Assembly (NCBI GenBank): GCA_964202905.1 | Contig: CAXNJO010000007.1 | Coordinates: 165,095 to 229,094 of the forward strand | Origin: Polyangiales bacterium | Lineage (GTDB): Bacteria; Myxococcota_A; Polyangia; Polyangiales; JADJQN01 | DNA length: 64,000 nt | Direction of reading: 5' to 3' | Shown here: positions 61,081 through 64,000 of the stretch, one piece after another | Numbering within the stretch: position 1 is the first letter of the stretch | Layout of the letters: the number at the start of each line of letters is the position of its first letter | Translations under genes and position numbers: made by a program | Notes under the pieces: generated by a model | Seen by the model: the letters and a program-made list of their open reading frames with translations, nothing else | Database searches by the model: none | What the model was told of the DNA's origin: nothing

Positions 61081-62811
61081 ATGCGTAATGCCGTTCATGG
61101 CGTCGTTCTGAGCGTCTTCCTGAGCAGCCTCCTGCTCGCCATGGCCGCCTGCCACGCGGACGACAACGACGCGGCCGGGCAGGCGAAGGAGCTCGCCGAC
61201 CCCGTCCGCCGCCAGCACGCGATGGGCAACCTGATGCGCCTCTACACGAAGGCGCTCGCCGACAAGGGCGGCAACCGCGAGGCCCCGGAGGTCAAGTCCC
61301 TCGCCGACGCGGTGGTCCAGCCGCTCGTCGACACGTACGTGCAGCACCCCGAGGACAACCCGAACCGCACCGCGATCCTCAATCTTCTCCGTGAGATGCG
61401 TGACGTGCGCGCGCTCCCGGCCTTGAAGGAGGCGCTCAAGTGGCGCGCCGAGGTCAGCGAGGAGCAGGCCATCAGCGCCGCGCAGACGATCCAGCAGACG
61501 CCCTTCGGTGAGGACAAGAAGCCCGAGGTCGTCGGCGCCCTCGCGGACGCGCTCTCGAGCGTCGATGGCGCGCGCCCCGTCGACAACCGCATGCGCATCG
61601 AGTTCATCCGCGCGCTCGGCAACATGCAGCACGCCGCCGCCACCGACGCGCTCGTCGCCGTCGCCGCGCGCCAGAACGAGAACCAGAACTTCCTCATCAA
61701 CATCCTCGCCTTCGAGCAGCTCGCGAAGATCCGCGCCGAGTCCTCGGTGCCCGCGCTCGTCAAGGGCCTCTACCTCTTCGACACCAAGGCCCCGCAGCGC
61801 CGCGCGAACGACGTCGCCGCGCTCGGCCTCGTCGGCGTCGGGCGCCCCGCGCTCCAGCCGGTGCTCGACGCGCTCGCCGGCAACAACGCCGACGCGAACG
61901 CGATCGCGACGCAGTACCTCGCCGCCGTGCGCGCCGCGAACCCGCAGGCCGCCGACATGATGGACGTCCGCATGATTGTCGCGGGCGACGCGACCTACAC
62001 GCTCGGCGAGCTCGGCATGCCCGAGGCCCTCGACGCGCTCCTCGCCGAGACGAACGTCGCCGACGAGACGAACGAGGCGACCAAGGCCATCAGCGGCGCG
62101 CGTCGGCTCGGCGGCGCCATCGGCCTCGCGCGGCTGCACCGCCGCCCGGGCGACACCGAGCGCGTCCGCGCCGCGATGCGCAGCGTCTACGACAAGGCCG
62201 ACAAGCAGACGCGCATGCAGGTGCTCCGCGCCATGCAGCACCTCATGGACCCGGGCGTGCAGCCCTTCCTCCTCGAGATCGCGAAGGCCCCGGAGGAGGA
62301 GCTCCCCGACCTCCGCGTGATCGCGCTCAACGCCTTCGCGATGTTCGCGAACGCGGCCGAGGCGGCGCAGGCGCGCGCGGTGATCGAGCGCGAGCCCGGC
62401 GCGGAGGACGGCGGCTTCAAGACCCTGTTCACCGAGCAGAACGACAAGGCGCTGCGCGTGGCGGCCGAGTGCAACGAAGACGTCGCCTGTTACATCCGCA
62501 AGCTCGGCGACCGCGACGGCGCCGTCGCGCAGAAGGCGGCCTACATGCTCGCCCGGTACGGGCAGGGCAACGGCGCGGCGATCGCGGCGCTGATCGCGCA
62601 GCTCGGGAACTCCGACGCGAAGGTTCGCGGCGACGTGCTCTACGCGCTCGATCACTGCGCGGACGCGGGCAGCGCCCCCGCCGTCACGCGCATCGAGGCG
62701 TTGCAGCGGACCGAAGAGGGCCGCGCGATCTGGAACCAGGTCAAGACGCTCGCGCTCGCGACCGCCTCGCGCCTCCGCCACCGCGCCGCCGGCAACGCGG
62801 CGGCGCGCTGA
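61081..62811 (+). CDS. HEAT-repeat lipoprotein
   Basis: Signal plus MAAC; repeats such as [35 protein letters not shown]. Confidence 0.82.
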   Translation: MRNAVHGVVLSVFLSSLLLAMAACHADDNDAAGQAKELADPVRRQHAMGNLMRLYTKALADKGGNREAPEVKSLADAVVQPLVDTYVQHPEDNPNRTAILNLLREMRDVRALPALKEALKWRAEVSEEQAISAAQTIQQTPFGEDKKPEVVGALADALSSVDGARPVDNRMRIEFIRALGNMQHAAATDALVAVAARQNENQNFLINILAFEQLAKIRAESSVPALVKGLYLFDTKAPQRRANDVAALGLVGVGRPALQPVLDALAGNNADANAIATQYLAAVRAANPQAADMMDVRMIVAGDATYTLGELGMPEALDALLAETNVADETNEATKAISGARRLGGAIGLARLHRRPGDTERVRAAMRSVYDKADKQTRMQVLRAMQHLMDPGVQPFLLEIAKAPEEELPDLRVIALNAFAMFANAAEAAQARAVIEREPGAEDGGFKTLFTEQNDKALRVAAECNEDVACYIRKLGDRDGAVAQKAAYMLARYGQGNGAAIAALIAQLGNSDAKVRGDVLYALDHCADAGSAPAVTRIEALQRTEEGRAIWNQVKTLALATASRLRHRAAGNAAAR

Positions 62812-62887
62812 CGCCCCGCACCCCGGGCCGGCTCCCGCTGGACGGGGGGCCGCGTCCGGGGTCGCGCCGTCCACCCGGAGCCATCCC

Positions 62888-64000
62888 ATGATCCGCCTCG
62901 AGCTCGCCGCCGGTCCCGGGGCCCTCCGCACCGTCGAGGCCCGCGAGGGCGCCGTGCGCCTCGGGCGGTCGCCCGACTGCGAGCTCGTCGTCGACGCGCT
63001 CCACGTCTCGGGCGTGCACGCCACCGTCACCCAGGCCACCGATGGCTGGGTCCTGCGCGACCTGCAGAGCACGAACGGCACGCGCGTGCTGCGCGGCCCC
63101 GATCGGCTCGACGTGGGCGAGCGCCCCGCGCGGGAGCTGCTCCTCGCGGACGGCGACGTGCTCGAGCTCGGCGATGCCGATCACCCGATCCCGGTGCGCG
63201 TCGCCCTCGGCGCCGACGAGGAGACCGCGCGCATCGTCGAGGTGCGCAACGTGGGCGAGGTCGCGAGCGTCGAGGCGCAGGCCACCGCCGACCGCGCCAT
63301 CCTGCAGAAGCTTTACGAGGCCACGAAGGGCATCAGCGGCGCGCTCGAGCTCGACGCCGTGATCGACGCCATCGCCGCGCAGGTCTTCGGCTTTCTGCCG
63401 CGCGCGACGCACGTGACCGTCGCGCTTCGCGAAGAGGACGACGACCCCCCGGGGCGCGTCGCGGTGCGCTACGTCCCCGTCGGCACGCGCGTGCGCGGCG
63501 GGGGCGCGTCGAGCGAGCCGGTGCCGATCACGCGCAGCGTGTTCAAGAAGGTCGTCGCCGAGCGCTCGGCGGTGCTCGCGGCGGACGCCGCCCGCGACGT
63601 GGGGCAGACGGCGTCGATCATGGGCGCGCGCATCCTCAGCACGATCGGCGTGCCGCTCTGGCACGGCGACGAGATCGTGGGCGTGTTGCAGGTGGACAAC
63701 CGCGCCTCGAGCGGCGTCTTCAAGGCCGGCGATCTCGACCTGGTGCTCGTGCTGTCGCAGGCCGCGTCGAGCGCGTTCGTGCATGCGCGCCTGTTCCAGC
63801 GCGTGAAGGTCGCCGAGGAGCGGCAGCGCAAGGAGAACACCTATCTCAAGGGGCGCGAGCGCTCGCGCCGCGAGGGTGGCCCGATCGGCGACAGCCCCGC
63901 GATGCACTCCGTCTTCAAGCAGCTGAAGAAGGTCGTCGACACGCGCGTCACGGTGCTCATCGAGGGCGAGACGGGCACCGGCAAGGAGTTGATCGCGAGC
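62888..64000 (+). CDS. Sigma-54-dependent enhancer-binding protein with FHA and GAF domains (runs off the window)
   Basis: Read directly (absent from ORF track): LGRSPDCEL...VSGVHA...DLQSTNGT (FHA); IGVPLW...VGVLQVDNR (GAF); [15 protein letters not shown] (Walker A). Confidence 0.9.
   Translation, partial: MIRLELAAGPGALRTVEAREGAVRLGRSPDCELVVDALHVSGVHATVTQATDGWVLRDLQSTNGTRVLRGPDRLDVGERPARELLLADGDVLELGDADHPIPVRVALGADEETARIVEVRNVGEVASVEAQATADRAILQKLYEATKGISGALELDAVIDAIAAQVFGFLPRATHVTVALREEDDDPPGRVAVRYVPVGTRVRGGGASSEPVPITRSVFKKVVAERSAVLAADAARDVGQTASIMGARILSTIGVPLWHGDEIVGVLQVDNRASSGVFKAGDLDLVLVLSQAASSAFVHARLFQRVKVAEERQRKENTYLKGRERSRREGGPIGDSPAMHSVFKQLKKVVDTRVTVLIEGETGTGKELIAS

Overview
Very GC-rich, gene-dense bacterial chromosome segment. 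Several features point to Myxococcota, probably Polyangiales-like (inference): a MYXO-CTERM-like tail, 'DAG'-repeat lipoprotein linkers, tandem bactofilins, a Ser/Thr kinase-PilZ and an FHA-GAF sigma-54 activator. About 60 CDS are supported. Housekeeping genes include maf-yggS-proC, pepP, an M1 aminopeptidase, a partial nuo operon (A,B,C,D,G,H,I), an IHF-beta-like gene, tyrS, pntAB, gshA and pyrE. No rRNA, tRNA, CRISPR array or transposase was recognised. About 15 single-base indels, mostly in short homopolymers, break otherwise intact genes and look like long-read errors. The most interesting locus is a tightly packed minus-strand cassette (34248-37714). It encodes a bacterial homologue of the archaeal tetraether-lipid synthase (Tes/GDGT-MAS radical SAM), a divergent Lgt-like diacylglyceryl transferase and two membrane proteins, one ending in a lipobox-like Cys. 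This is a candidate undescribed lipid/lipoprotein cross-linking system. Other notable items: (i) a three-lipoprotein redox operon (TsdA-like His/Cys diheme cytochrome plus His/Cys-rich beta-propeller); (ii) an orphan MbnP/MbnH pair; (iii) NuoH with a two-helix insertion; (iv) a ~138 bp inverted gene-fragment duplication; (v) a palindromic operator repeated upstream of two stress genes; (vi) a deletion-collapsed ABC exporter; (vii) REP-like repeats; (viii) widespread leaderless-type promoters.
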